Source: Candidatus Omnitrophota bacterium (GTDB lineage Bacteria > Omnitrophota > Gorgyraeia > Aquiviventales > Aquiviventaceae). From it: a stretch of DNA of 64,000 nt. The first letter of the stretch is position 1. Each line of letters opens with the position of its first letter. The notes under the pieces were generated by a model. That model made no database searches. It was not told where the DNA came from and worked only from the letters and a program-made list of their open reading frames with translations. The translations under genes were made by a program, and so were the position numbers. Positions 26,641 to 35,986 of the stretch are shown one piece after another. The stretch covers positions 70,153-134,152 of the forward strand of contig JACQHR010000013.1 of assembly GCA_016198905.1 (NCBI GenBank), written 5' to 3'.

Positions 26641-28085
26641 GGGGTTCCTCCGACAAGCTGTGCCGCGTGAGTGAGCGCTTCTTTCAAGCCTGGCGGCACG
26701 TAGAGACCGAGCACGAGCACCGCGATCAGCAACACCAGGGGCACGCCCACCAACAACCCGGATTCTCCTCTTACATGTGAGCTCCCGGTCACCCCAGCCA
26801 CAGGCTGCCCCTGAGCCATTGGCAGGACAATAGCCCCCATGCCAAGAAACACGACGGCAAGCAGTGCCAGATATATGGTAGCCACAACGGGGTGACCTTG
26901 GCTGACGGCGGCGTTCAGGATCGTGAATTCGCTCAGGAATAAACCGAAGGGAGGAGCGCCGGTGATCGCGAAGAATCCTCCGAGCAGCAGCGCCCCAGAC
27001 ACCGGCAGGCGGCGCAGAACGCCTCTCACTTCAGTGGCGATTTTCGTCCCATGAGCGAGGAGGATATTGCCGGCCACGAAGAATAGCAGCGCCTTAGTCA
27101 GCGAGTGATTCACTGCATGTAGCATGGCGCCATAGGCTCCTGCCCCTCCGAGGCCAACTCCCAGCGACAGCATCCCCATGTGCTCAACACTGGAGTACGC
27201 CAGCATGCGCTTGTAGTCGGATTGGCCGACGATAAACACCGCGGCGACAAAGAGCGATAACAGGCCAAACACCACAAGCAGTTCCTGGACAAACGAGGCG
27301 AGCCCTGCCGCCAGACACACCTGAAAGAGACGCAGGATGCCGAGAAACGCGCAGTTGAGCAACGCGCCTGATAACAGGGCCGATGCCGGCGACGGCGCTT
27401 CGCTGTGGGCATCCGGCAACCAGGTATGAAACGGTGCTAACCCCATCTTCGTGCCATAGCCGACCAGAAAGAAGAGGAAGCCTCCTTTCAGCCACGGGAG
27501 GTGCAGCCGGCCGGCATGGCTGATCAGCTCACTGACCAACAGGGAGAGCTGGTCTGCTCCATGATCTGAGCCTGCCAGCGCGACGAAAAACGTCCCTAAC
27601 AGCGCCAGAGCAATCCCGACGGAGCAGATGAGCAAGTACTTCCACGTGGCCTCAAGCGATCGTTGACTGTGATGAAAATAGATCAGCGGCGCGCTGGCCA
27701 GCGTGGTGCCCTCGATTGCCACCCACAGCAGCCCCAGATGCTGGCTCACGGTCACAAGGCTCATGGCTGCGAGGAACCCAAGCAAACAGCCCACGAACGT
27801 ACGATTGGAGCGGCGCGGTTCATGTTGCAGATACCCAACCGCATAGAGGGCCGCACACACGAACAGCACGCTGACCAGCGTCAAGAAGATACGGCCGAGC
27901 GCATCGACTGCGAGCCAACCGCCCAGGAGAGAGGCCGGCTGCTGATACCAGCACGAGATGACGAGCGCAAGATGAAAGACAGCGATTCCGATGAGCAGCG
28001 CCAGGCGGAGCCTGTTTGAACGCAACAAAAAAGCCACGCCTGCGCCAACCAGCGGAACAAGGACCACTCCAAGCAACATGGTCAA
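26637..28085 (-). CDS. ehrD: NuoN/M/HyfF-like proton-conducting antiporter subunit
   Basis: 482 aa, about 14 TM. WLPDAHSEAPSPASALLSG motif of the Mrp/NuoLMN family. Confidence 0.8.
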   Translation of the reverse strand: MTMLLGVVLVPLVGAGVAFLLRSNRLRLALLIGIAVFHLALVISCWYQQPASLLGGWLAVDALGRIFLTLVSVLFVCAALYAVGYLQHEPRRSNRTFVGCLLGFLAAMSLVTVSQHLGLLWVAIEGTTLASAPLIYFHHSQRSLEATWKYLLICSVGIALALLGTFFVALAGSDHGADQLSLLVSELISHAGRLHLPWLKGGFLFFLVGYGTKMGLAPFHTWLPDAHSEAPSPASALLSGALLNCAFLGILRLFQVCLAAGLASFVQELLVVFGLLSLFVAAVFIVGQSDYKRMLAYSSVEHMGMLSLGVGLGGAGAYGAMLHAVNHSLTKALLFFVAGNILLAHGTKIATEVRGVLRRLPVSGALLLGGFFAITGAPPFGLFLSEFTILNAAVSQGHPVVATIYLALLAVVFLGMGAIVLPMAQGQPVAGVTGSSHVRGESGLLVGVPLVLLIAVLVLGLYVPPGLKEALTHAAQLVGGTP

Positions 28086-28726
28086 CCCTTCAGCGTCGTG
28101 AGGTGATACGTATCAATATGATCGAATTCCCGGCTGATGTGATAGATGACGATCCCCATGATGAAGACGCCGGCGAACAGATCCAGCAGAACGCCCAGCT
28201 CCACCAGTAAGGGCATGCTCTGGACGAGGGTCAACCCAAATAGGAAAATGCCGTTCTCGAGCATCAGATACCCGAGCACCTGCGTCAGCGCTTTGGTGCG
28301 GGACACCAACACCACGAGGCTGATGAGCAGTGTGGTCATGGCTGCTGGCACCAGGAGCGATGAAGTCATGGACGGCAGGGACGGCAGCCGAGAGGACAGC
28401 ACGAACGCCACAACGGTGGCAACGGCTCCCACGAGCAGGGACGCCGTGAATCCGATGAGCGGCTCGATCTCAGCACGCATGGAACCGTCGCGCAACGTGC
28501 GCAGCAGCAGCCAGGGAAACAAGACTCCTTTGAGCGCCAGCATGCCCGCCGATAACGCAACCATATGGACCGCCAGGTCGCCCTGATGCAGCAGGAGCGG
28601 CAGGATGCTCAGTAAGACGCCTTGAAAGGCCACCGCCCGGATGCAAGCTCTGAGCCGGCTGCTGCCCAGGACAAGGAAATTCAACAGCATGGCCAGCACC
28701 AGAATCAGGTCAATGCCCTGCGCCAT
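28082..28726 (-). CDS. ehrC: HyfE/NuoK-like membrane subunit
   Basis: 214 aa, about 7 TM. 4-nt overlap with the next gene. Position equivalent to hyfE. Confidence 0.7.
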   Translation of the reverse strand: MAQGIDLILVLAMLLNFLVLGSSRLRACIRAVAFQGVLLSILPLLLHQGDLAVHMVALSAGMLALKGVLFPWLLLRTLRDGSMRAEIEPLIGFTASLLVGAVATVVAFVLSSRLPSLPSMTSSLLVPAAMTTLLISLVVLVSRTKALTQVLGYLMLENGIFLFGLTLVQSMPLLVELGVLLDLFAGVFIMGIVIYHISREFDHIDTYHLTTLKG

Positions 28727-28732
28727 AGCCGC

Positions 28733-29647
28733 CTACCTCCACACCAGCAACAGGCCGACAGCGGCCAGCACACCTGAGGTGACCAGCAGTTGCGGCACGC
28801 GGATCAAGCGAAGCCGCGCCATCGACGACTCCACGATACCGATGAGCACTGCCAGCCCCAACAGCCCGGCGACGACTATGACGAGATCCAGCCAGACTAC
28901 ACCGATGTGCACGGGCACGAGCAGCCGGACGAGCAGCACGCTGAACAGAAACAGCTTCAGCGCACTGCCGTAGAGGATGAATGCAAAATCAGGACCGCTG
29001 TGGTCGAGCACCATCACTTCATGGATCATCGTCAACTCAAGATGGGTCGTGGGATCGTCAACGGGCATGCGGGCGTTTTCCGCCAGCAGCACGAGAAAGA
29101 AACTGGCGGCTGCCAGCGCAAGCGCCGGACCGGCCGTGCGCCAGGCCTGCCCTAAGACCGGGCCGAACATTTCGGACAGTTGCACGCTGCCGGTCACTTT
29201 GGCGATTACGGCAAGCGCGACAAACAACGCCGGCTCCGCCAGGCTGGCAAACGTGACTTCGCGGCTAGCACCCATCCCTTCAAAGCTCGACCCGGTATCA
29301 AGCGCTGCGAGCACGGTGATGAAGCGGGCAACGCCGATGAGATAGGCCCAGAGCACCACGTCCCCCCAGAACGAGAGGAGCGCTGAAGGCGTTGTAAGTG
29401 GAACAAAGAGGGCTGCGGTTAGGAATGCTGCCGGCGAAACCAGCGGCCCGGCTCGGAACACCCATGACGTGGTCCGGCTGTAAACCGCACCTTTCTGCAG
29501 CAGCTTCCATAGGTCGTAGTACGGCTGCAGCACCGGGGCGCCAACGCGTCCTGTGAGGATTGCTTTTGTCTTGTGAATCACGCCTAACAGCAGCGGCGGA
29601 CAGACGAGCGCCAGGCCTAAGGACAACAGTAGTGGGATGACCGACAT
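28733..29647 (-). CDS. ehrB: NuoH/HycD/HyfC-like membrane subunit
   Basis: ORF 28733..29806. Start placed at MSVIPLLLSLG, 4 nt after the upstream stop. PYYDLWKLLQKG and EGMGASREV motifs. Confidence 0.75.
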   Translation of the reverse strand: MSVIPLLLSLGLALVCPPLLLGVIHKTKAILTGRVGAPVLQPYYDLWKLLQKGAVYSRTTSWVFRAGPLVSPAAFLTAALFVPLTTPSALLSFWGDVVLWAYLIGVARFITVLAALDTGSSFEGMGASREVTFASLAEPALFVALAVIAKVTGSVQLSEMFGPVLGQAWRTAGPALALAAASFFLVLLAENARMPVDDPTTHLELTMIHEVMVLDHSGPDFAFILYGSALKLFLFSVLLVRLLVPVHIGVVWLDLVIVVAGLLGLAVLIGIVESSMARLRLIRVPQLLVTSGVLAAVGLLLVWR

Positions 29648-29651
29648 TACC

Positions 29652-31643
29652 TCAGACCCCGAGTTTCCATACCAGCAGCACCACGAGCGTGATAAAAATG
29701 TAGAGCAGATACAACTGAACCCGGCCCTGCTGCAGCCACCGCAGACCCTCCAGGCCGCGCCGGACCTTGGCGAACAATGGCAGGAACAGGTAGGCGGTCG
29801 CCACATCAGGCGTGTGAGATGTCAGGCGTGCCGACGCGGGAAAATAGCCGGCAGGGGCCTGCTCATGGGACTGTGTTCGCAACACGCTTTGAAACAGCCT
29901 CACGAGTGGTTGCGCAAAGGATGCGGCAGTGTACTGCATGCTGGCTGCCGGAGCCGTGTAGCCACAGTCCCATGTGACCGTCTGGCTGATTGGTCGGTTC
30001 GATAGAGAGAGCCGCCGCAACACGACGAGTGCCAGCGTGATGCAGAGAAACAGTGCGGCTGTCGCGCTGACCATCATCAGGCCGGCCAACGCTGAAGCCA
30101 TTCCCTCGATGTTCAGTGACGGCGTTTCGTTGTAGATACCGCTGATCGCTGGCATCATGAATTGCACGACTCGATGAGGCCATAACCCAATCGCCAGACA
30201 GCTTCCCACAAGCACCATCATGGGGATCAGCATGGCCGGACCAGCTTCGTGAAGCGGATGAGCGCGTGATTCCCGAGGGCTCCCAAGAAACACCGTGCCG
30301 AAGGCTTTGGCAAAGCACGCCGCCGCCAAGCCGCCGATCAACGCCAGTGCTGCAATTCCCAGTCCGAGCCACATCCCGCTGCGTGTCGTGAACTCCAGAA
30401 AACCACGAAACCCGCCCACGTAGATCAGCCACTCGCTGACAAAACCATTGAATGGAGGCAGACCGCAGATGGCCATGGCTCCGACGAGAAATGTGAACGC
30501 CGTCCACGGCATCGTCTTGAGCAACCCGCCGAGCCGGTCCAGCTCCCGTGTACCCGTCGCATGGAGCACAGAGCCTGCCCCGAGGAACAGCAGCGCCTTG
30601 AACAGGCTGTGGTTGAGCACATGCAGGAGCGCTCCGCCAAATCCAAGCCAGCTCATCACCGGCTGCCCCTTGGAGTGGCCAAGCAGCCCGATGCCTAACC
30701 CTAAGGCAATGATGCCGATATTCTCGACGCTGTGGTAGGCCAGCAGTCGTTTGAGGTCATGCTGGGAAAGAGCAAACACAACACCTAACACGCCCGAGGT
30801 CATGCCAATCATGAGGAAGGTCTGACCCCACCAAGCCGGCGGCGGGCCCAGGAAAGTCAGCGTCCGCAGGATGCCGTAGATGCCGAGCTTGATCATCACG
30901 CCGGACATCACCGCAGAGACATGACTCGGCGCTGCCGGATGGGCTTCCGGCAGCCACACATGCAGCGGCATAAAGCCGGCCTTGGTACCAAACCCCACGA
31001 GCGCCAGGAGGAACAAGACTGCCGTCAAGACTGATGGCATTGAGCTTATGGCCGAAAACTGATCGAAATTCATGGAACCCGCTTGCCGACCAAGCAGCGT
31101 GAAGAGCACGAAGAGGAAGGCCGTGCCAAGATGCGTAGCCACGAGGTAGGTCCAGCCCGCTTCCCGAACCTCCTCGCGTTCATCCTCGAAGGTGACGAGG
31201 AAGAATGACGCCAGCGACATCACCTCCCAGGCCACGAGAAACAAGACGGCGTTGCGTGCGGCCACCACCAGCGCCATTGAGGCGATGAGGATGTTGAACC
31301 AGCCAAAGATTGGCCCGAGGGATTGACGCTCACCGAACGGCCTAAGATACTCGCTGCTGTACACGGCGGCCAGCGCCGATACGCCGAACACGGGTAGGAG
31401 AAACCAGGCGGTCAGCGGATCAATGGCCAGATAGAATTCGCCGTATGGCACGTCCCAGGCTGACCGGAAGGAGAACCCTGCGCTGCCCATCAGGACCTGG
31501 ATTGCAGGCGCTAAGCCTGCCAAACAGCCAACCAGTGCACCGCTAACGCCCCAGCATGTGGCAAGGCGCGAGTTGCGGCCTGCCAATACGGCCATGCCTC
31601 CACTGACGGTCAACACGCCGAGTGCAAGAAAGAAGGCGATCAT
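29652..31643 (-). CDS. ehrA: NuoL/HyfB-like proton-conducting antiporter subunit
   Basis: 663 aa. WLPEAHPAAPSHVSAVMSGVMIKLG motif. The start overlaps the upstream stop as ATGA. Confidence 0.85.
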   Translation of the reverse strand: MIAFFLALGVLTVSGGMAVLAGRNSRLATCWGVSGALVGCLAGLAPAIQVLMGSAGFSFRSAWDVPYGEFYLAIDPLTAWFLLPVFGVSALAAVYSSEYLRPFGERQSLGPIFGWFNILIASMALVVAARNAVLFLVAWEVMSLASFFLVTFEDEREEVREAGWTYLVATHLGTAFLFVLFTLLGRQAGSMNFDQFSAISSMPSVLTAVLFLLALVGFGTKAGFMPLHVWLPEAHPAAPSHVSAVMSGVMIKLGIYGILRTLTFLGPPPAWWGQTFLMIGMTSGVLGVVFALSQHDLKRLLAYHSVENIGIIALGLGIGLLGHSKGQPVMSWLGFGGALLHVLNHSLFKALLFLGAGSVLHATGTRELDRLGGLLKTMPWTAFTFLVGAMAICGLPPFNGFVSEWLIYVGGFRGFLEFTTRSGMWLGLGIAALALIGGLAAACFAKAFGTVFLGSPRESRAHPLHEAGPAMLIPMMVLVGSCLAIGLWPHRVVQFMMPAISGIYNETPSLNIEGMASALAGLMMVSATAALFLCITLALVVLRRLSLSNRPISQTVTWDCGYTAPAASMQYTAASFAQPLVRLFQSVLRTQSHEQAPAGYFPASARLTSHTPDVATAYLFLPLFAKVRRGLEGLRWLQQGRVQLYLLYIFITLVVLLVWKLGV

Positions 31644-32323
31644 GCCTGCTTGAGTTGATCCTCAACCCGTAAGAAGTGTCCGAGAATACTATCAAAACGT
31701 TCCCGTTGGCGTAATGCCTGGCGCAAACTTGTGTCCTGCAGGACGAACGCCAGCCGTGAGAGTAAGGTGAGGTGCATGCGAACCGTTGGGGTGATGAGCG
31801 TAAACAGTGTAGAAACCGGTTTGCCATCCACCGCATGAAAGTCCACCGGTTGGCGCAGAAATGCCAATGTGACCATCGGCGTAGACACGCGCAACACGAT
31901 GGGGTTGCGGACATGCGGAATCGCAATGCCTTCCCCGACGCCTGTTGAACCCAGCCGTTCACGGGCTAGCAACATCCGCAGGAGAAACGTTCGGTCAGTG
32001 TCCTTCGGCAACGGCAGTCCGGTGACCAGTTCTTTGAGCACGGTACTAATCTGCTTCCCTGGCAGGTCCTCAATGATACCGCCAAGTTCCAGCGCTCGTG
32101 TCAGCACGGGCGCGTGTGACTGAGCGCTTCCATGTCCCATGCGGAACGACTGCGCTGAGAGCCGAACACCTTCTGCCGTGGCCCACTCCAGCAATTGCGC
32201 GTGATTGAAACGGTACTGCTCATTGACTCGATGCGCAGGCAGGCCCTTATCCCGAATCCACTGGTAGAGCACGTCCTGGGAAATGTTCAGCAGTTTGGCA
32301 GCTTCACGAGCCGTGAGTTCCAT
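31640..32323 (-). CDS. HTH (excisionase/MerR-type) + PTS EIIA type-2 (PtsN-like) fusion protein
   Basis: MELTAREAAKLLNISQDVLYQWIRDKGLPAH, then the EIIA fold with GIAIPHVRNP (phospho-His context). Confidence 0.8.
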   Translation of the reverse strand: MELTAREAAKLLNISQDVLYQWIRDKGLPAHRVNEQYRFNHAQLLEWATAEGVRLSAQSFRMGHGSAQSHAPVLTRALELGGIIEDLPGKQISTVLKELVTGLPLPKDTDRTFLLRMLLARERLGSTGVGEGIAIPHVRNPIVLRVSTPMVTLAFLRQPVDFHAVDGKPVSTLFTLITPTVRMHLTLLSRLAFVLQDTSLRQALRQRERFDSILGHFLRVEDQLKQA

Positions 32324-32343
32324 GATGCACCCTTTGTCCTTAT

Positions 32344-32378
32344 ACAAACAGGGAGGTGGCACGACCCTCCCTGTTTGT
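32344..32378 (-). other. perfect 13-bp stem hairpin in the leader of the HTH-EIIA gene
   Basis: acaaacagggagg-(9 nt)-cctccctgtttgt, 20 nt upstream of the ATG at 32323. Confidence 0.5.
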
Positions 32379-32482
32379 GCCTTCCCTTCAATTCCTTACC
32401 AGACCGGCGCCAACCGCCACTGCTGACCTGAAGCTATTTCGGAATGGATTGCGGTCGTCGCGGCTTCCGGTTCCTTGCGAGC

Positions 32483-32776
32483 TTACTTCACCTCGATCAC
32501 TGAGTTAGTGGTCCCGTACTGGTTTGACGCCTGCCCCTTCGCTTTCAGATCCGTGAGCCACTGGCTGTCGTTGACGAGAAACTTGTACTGGTAGCGTCCC
32601 GGTGCAAGCTCCACCGTGGCCTCCCACAACCCTGAAGTAGCCTTGCGCATCCTGTGGCTGTAGTGGTTCCAGGAATTGAAATCCCCCACGAGTGCGACGC
32701 GCTGCGCTGTCGCCGGTGCCTGGAACTCGAAGTGGGTGGCCCGGCGCGTTAACGTGGGCTTCTGTGCGATTGCCAT
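32483..32776 (-). CDS. stand-alone CBM48 / AMPK-beta-like glycogen-binding domain protein
   Basis: 97 aa. RVALVGDFNSWN...GLWEATVELAPGRYQYKFLVN pattern. Confidence 0.7.
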   Translation of the reverse strand: MAIAQKPTLTRRATHFEFQAPATAQRVALVGDFNSWNHYSHRMRKATSGLWEATVELAPGRYQYKFLVNDSQWLTDLKAKGQASNQYGTTNSVIEVK

Positions 32777-32852
32777 TGTGACATCCCCCCTCCAAAAAGG
32801 AGGAGCGGTGGCTTGGAAACCAATCCCTCACCACCGCTCCCGGTAGTGCCGG

Positions 32853-33284
32853 TTAGTACGACGCTGCGGCAGGCTTAGCCGTTGAGGTAGCACTCCCTGA
32901 GCTTGCAGCTGTCGGCAATTGGATCGTGATTGAGCTGGCCACGTTCTTGCCGTCCTTCGTGGCGTACTCAACCGTCACCGCATCGCCAACGCGCAGGTCC
33001 GCCAGTGTCAGCGGCTGCTTGTCCTTGGAGACGACCGTCTTCGCGTCAACGAGGTAACTCGTCGGTTGCGCGGCGGTCCCTGTCACCGGGTCAAGATGCG
33101 TTGACTCCTTGACGGTCAGCACGCCCCCTAGCGCATCGACTGATGCGATCACCCCCGAGGCTTGTAGCGGCTTCGCCGGATCCCCAACCTCTTCAGCCGC
33201 CAGACAGACACCGCTTGCAGTGCCCAGCATGGCGACCACGGCGAAAGTCTCCCACAGCCTTGCAGTTGACCTCATCCCCCTCAC
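32853..33284 (-). CDS. secreted hypothetical protein
   Basis: 143 aa. Signal peptide ...GVCLAAEE. No family recognised. Confidence 0.45.
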   Translation of the reverse strand: MRGMRSTARLWETFAVVAMLGTASGVCLAAEEVGDPAKPLQASGVIASVDALGGVLTVKESTHLDPVTGTAAQPTSYLVDAKTVVSKDKQPLTLADLRVGDAVTVEYATKDGKNVASSITIQLPTAASSGSATSTAKPAAASY

Positions 33285-33406
33285 CCCCTCTCCTCTGTTG
33301 TTCTCTCACTTCGAACCGACAACACCTGAGGTGGTTGGCTTCACAATCTCGATAGCCCGGGCCACCCAGCCACCGTCTTGATTGATGTCATGGTCATCCC
33401 CATGTG

Positions 33407-33706
33407 TCATGACCTGTGTTTCTGCGCCATGCGACTCAGAAAGGGCCGAGCGCGTTCCTGTTCCACATGGCTGACCGTTCCATCGTCTGCCAAGACGGAC
33501 GCGGTCCCGACACCATCGCTGATTGTGAGGACCACGTCTGCGCCGTTTCCCGCATAGGATTGCACGTGCCGACCAGACTCAATGATCCGAATCGCCTGAA
33601 CCACGCCAATGGTCCGCTGGCTGCCCCAACTTACAACGTCACCCACAGCAATCTTTAGCTTCGGATGGCGTGGGGTGCGCGTCTGCGCCTCGTTCGCCCG
33701 AGACAT
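33407..33706 (-). CDS. hypothetical protein
   Basis: 99-aa ORF overlapping the CarD-like 3-prime end by 52 nt. The start is uncertain. Confidence 0.3.
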   Translation of the reverse strand: MSRANEAQTRTPRHPKLKIAVGDVVSWGSQRTIGVVQAIRIIESGRHVQSYAGNGADVVLTISDGVGTASVLADDGTVSHVEQERARPFLSRMAQKHRS

Positions 33707-34245
33707 GTACGGATATGCTCCTCGATGGTCTTACGCGATGTGTGTTGGACATAGGCGAGTTCCTCAATCAGCCGGTCGAGGGCTTGGGTGAGCATCGCTT
33801 GTTCACTGCGTCGGTGACTCGTCAACGCCCCTTCCGGTTGGCCGAGCCATCCCTTCACCCCGGCAGCTACCAGATCCCGAACCGTCGACGCTACGATGCG
33901 CAGATCATGACTATTCAACCGAGTCGCTACTTCATCAAGTTCCTCTTTCGAGTGCGACTCTAAAGGCGTGGCGGGCAGTTGGAACACTTGGAGGACGTCC
34001 TCCGCCTCACGTTGGGTAACGGGACGCCGCAAGCCTGCCGCCTCAGCCTGCGCCACCGGCATCAGGACCTTGATCGGATTTCTGAGTGACCCCATGCGAA
34101 ACACGTAGCAATCCTCCATACCGTCCCGAACGTGGGCGCGCTCGATTGCGGCAATCCGGCAAAAGCCATAGGTCGGATGCACGACGAGCTGGCCCTTCTG
34201 AAAGGACGTTTGGCATTCATGATGATTGAACTGTATGGCAGCCAT
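33655..34245 (-). CDS. CarD/CdnL/TRCF-domain transcriptional regulator
   Basis: FQKGQLVVHPTYGFCRIAAIE...YVFRM...IKVLMPV core. Start could be 34245 or 34317. Confidence 0.65.
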   Translation of the reverse strand: MAAIQFNHHECQTSFQKGQLVVHPTYGFCRIAAIERAHVRDGMEDCYVFRMGSLRNPIKVLMPVAQAEAAGLRRPVTQREAEDVLQVFQLPATPLESHSKEELDEVATRLNSHDLRIVASTVRDLVAAGVKGWLGQPEGALTSHRRSEQAMLTQALDRLIEELAYVQHTSRKTIEEHIRTCLGRTRRRRAPHAIRS

Positions 34246-34360
34246 GTTGAAATCGAGGACCCTCTGTGCTCCTGGCTCAAGCTTCTTACTTCCTCGTACC
34301 GTAAACACTATTCGCATTGATAGACCGCTTCTCTCTTGAGCGTGTGAAACCGCCGCGGTC

Positions 34361-35569
34361 TCATCGACCGACGTGCCGTTTGGCTTGCCCATCAGCAATG
34401 AGCAACGCGCGCTCTGAAACCGCGTGCGCAACAAAGCTGTGCAGTTGCCGGTCTAACGAATCCGGGACGAACTGCCCATTCGGTGTCGCTTGGACGATGG
34501 CTTCAGCAGCCGCCAACAGCATCTCATCATCGAACTGCGCTGCCTGGGCATGCAGCGCTCCCCGGAATAGTCCCGGAAAAGCCAGGAGGTTGTTCACGGC
34601 CGTGCCATCCAAGGCTACCGCGCAGCCGGCGGCATCAAGCTCATCGGTCGTGAGCGCGGGATCTGGGTTTGCAATGACCAGCGCTATGGGCCGTCTCGCC
34701 ATCATCGTGATGTGTGTCGCCGTGATTTGGCACCGGCTTGACGTGCTGATCAATACGTCGCGTGCGTTGAGAAGATCCTCCAGCCGTGCGCCCACACCGT
34801 CAGGATTCACCAATCCCGCAATGGTCTTCTCCGTTGCATCACTCAGCGAAGCTGAACCAGGCCATCGGGTGCCATCGGCCCGGCACACGACGATATCCCT
34901 GAGGCCGTCAACGTGGAGCAGCCGGGCCACCGCAAGACCGGACGCTCCGCTGCCATGGATCAGCACTTTGAGTTGGCGATAGGGCTTCTGGACGAATGCC
35001 GCAGTCTTCTTCAACACAGCCAGCACTGCGACAGCCGTGGCATGCTGATCCGCATGGAGAATGGGAATCTGAAGACGCTCCTGCAGCGTGCGTTCAATCT
35101 CAAAACAGGCCGGACTTTCAATATCCTCCAACATGACCGCTCCGAACGACGCGGCAATCTGTTCGACGACCTTGACAACCGTCTCCGGCTCGCGCGACTC
35201 GATCAGGATTGGTACCCCGTTTAATTCGACCAACTCCCTGAACAGGACGGCTTTGGCCTCCATGACCGGCAGGCTCGCCTTCGTCCCGATGGCTCCGAGG
35301 CTCATGACCGCGCTGCCGTTCGTCACGATCGCCACGGTGGTGTCCCGCCAGGTATACTGCCCGGCTTCCTCTGGATGATTCTGGAGCTGCCGGCAAACCT
35401 CCGCTACGCCAGGCGTGTAAACCTTCCGCAGGTCGCGGGAGGTTTTCAGCCGCACCCGTGACCTGACTTCAATCACCCCTCCGCAATGTGCCTTGAAAAT
35501 CCGCCGCCTTGCCGCGTCGGTCGTCCGGGGGCATGCATTGACAGCTTGCGTCGTCATCGTCGCGGCCAT
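34361..35569 (-). CDS. NAD(P)-dependent malic enzyme-like protein (short form)
   Basis: YTPGVAEVC, LPVMEAKAVLF, LEDIESPACFEIE, HADQHATAV and GSGASG blocks. Confidence 0.75.
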   Translation of the reverse strand: MAATMTTQAVNACPRTTDAARRRIFKAHCGGVIEVRSRVRLKTSRDLRKVYTPGVAEVCRQLQNHPEEAGQYTWRDTTVAIVTNGSAVMSLGAIGTKASLPVMEAKAVLFRELVELNGVPILIESREPETVVKVVEQIAASFGAVMLEDIESPACFEIERTLQERLQIPILHADQHATAVAVLAVLKKTAAFVQKPYRQLKVLIHGSGASGLAVARLLHVDGLRDIVVCRADGTRWPGSASLSDATEKTIAGLVNPDGVGARLEDLLNARDVLISTSSRCQITATHITMMARRPIALVIANPDPALTTDELDAAGCAVALDGTAVNNLLAFPGLFRGALHAQAAQFDDEMLLAAAEAIVQATPNGQFVPDSLDRQLHSFVAHAVSERALLIADGQAKRHVGR

Positions 35570-35635
35570 CGTTTCAACGTCGGGTTGCGCTTATCGTGTC
35601 GATGCTGTTCGCACGAGGAGCTGGGCGGCATTGCG

Positions 35636-35968
35636 TCATGACTCCTCAACGCTCTTCAGCAGTTCCTGGTCCACCTGCAGCTTGCGCTTTAACAGCTCAG
35701 TCAGCTGTTGAAGCAACTGGACGGTTTCCTCGTTCTGCAGCCGGTAGATCACCGAGGCCCCGTCCTGGCGTGTCGTCACCAGGCCTCCCTGCTTCAGGAT
35801 GCCCAGATGCCGCGACACCGTAGGCTGGTCCACGGACAACATCTGCGCAAATTGCCCGACCGACTGCTCCTTTTGCCCAAGCAATTCCAAGATGCGCAGC
35901 CGCAAGGGGTGAGCGAGGACCTTTAGGAAGGCAGCTTTGATGAGGTGAACCTGGTTGCCCTCGGGCAT
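35636..35968 (-). CDS. ArsR/SmtB family transcriptional regulator
   Basis: 110 aa. AHPLRLRILELL...SVGQFAQMLSVDQPTVSRHLGILKQGGLV. Confidence 0.8.
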   Translation of the reverse strand: MPEGNQVHLIKAAFLKVLAHPLRLRILELLGQKEQSVGQFAQMLSVDQPTVSRHLGILKQGGLVTTRQDGASVIYRLQNEETVQLLQQLTELLKRKLQVDQELLKSVEES

Positions 35969-35986
35969 GCTTTAGTCATATCCTCC

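Noticed and set aside
34361-35569. Divergent motifs in the malic-enzyme-like protein (HADQHATA, SLGAIG) as evidence of a new activity
   Set aside because: The deviations are small and judged only from remembered consensus. The metal-ligand E/D residues appear retained. I cannot assess this without an alignment.
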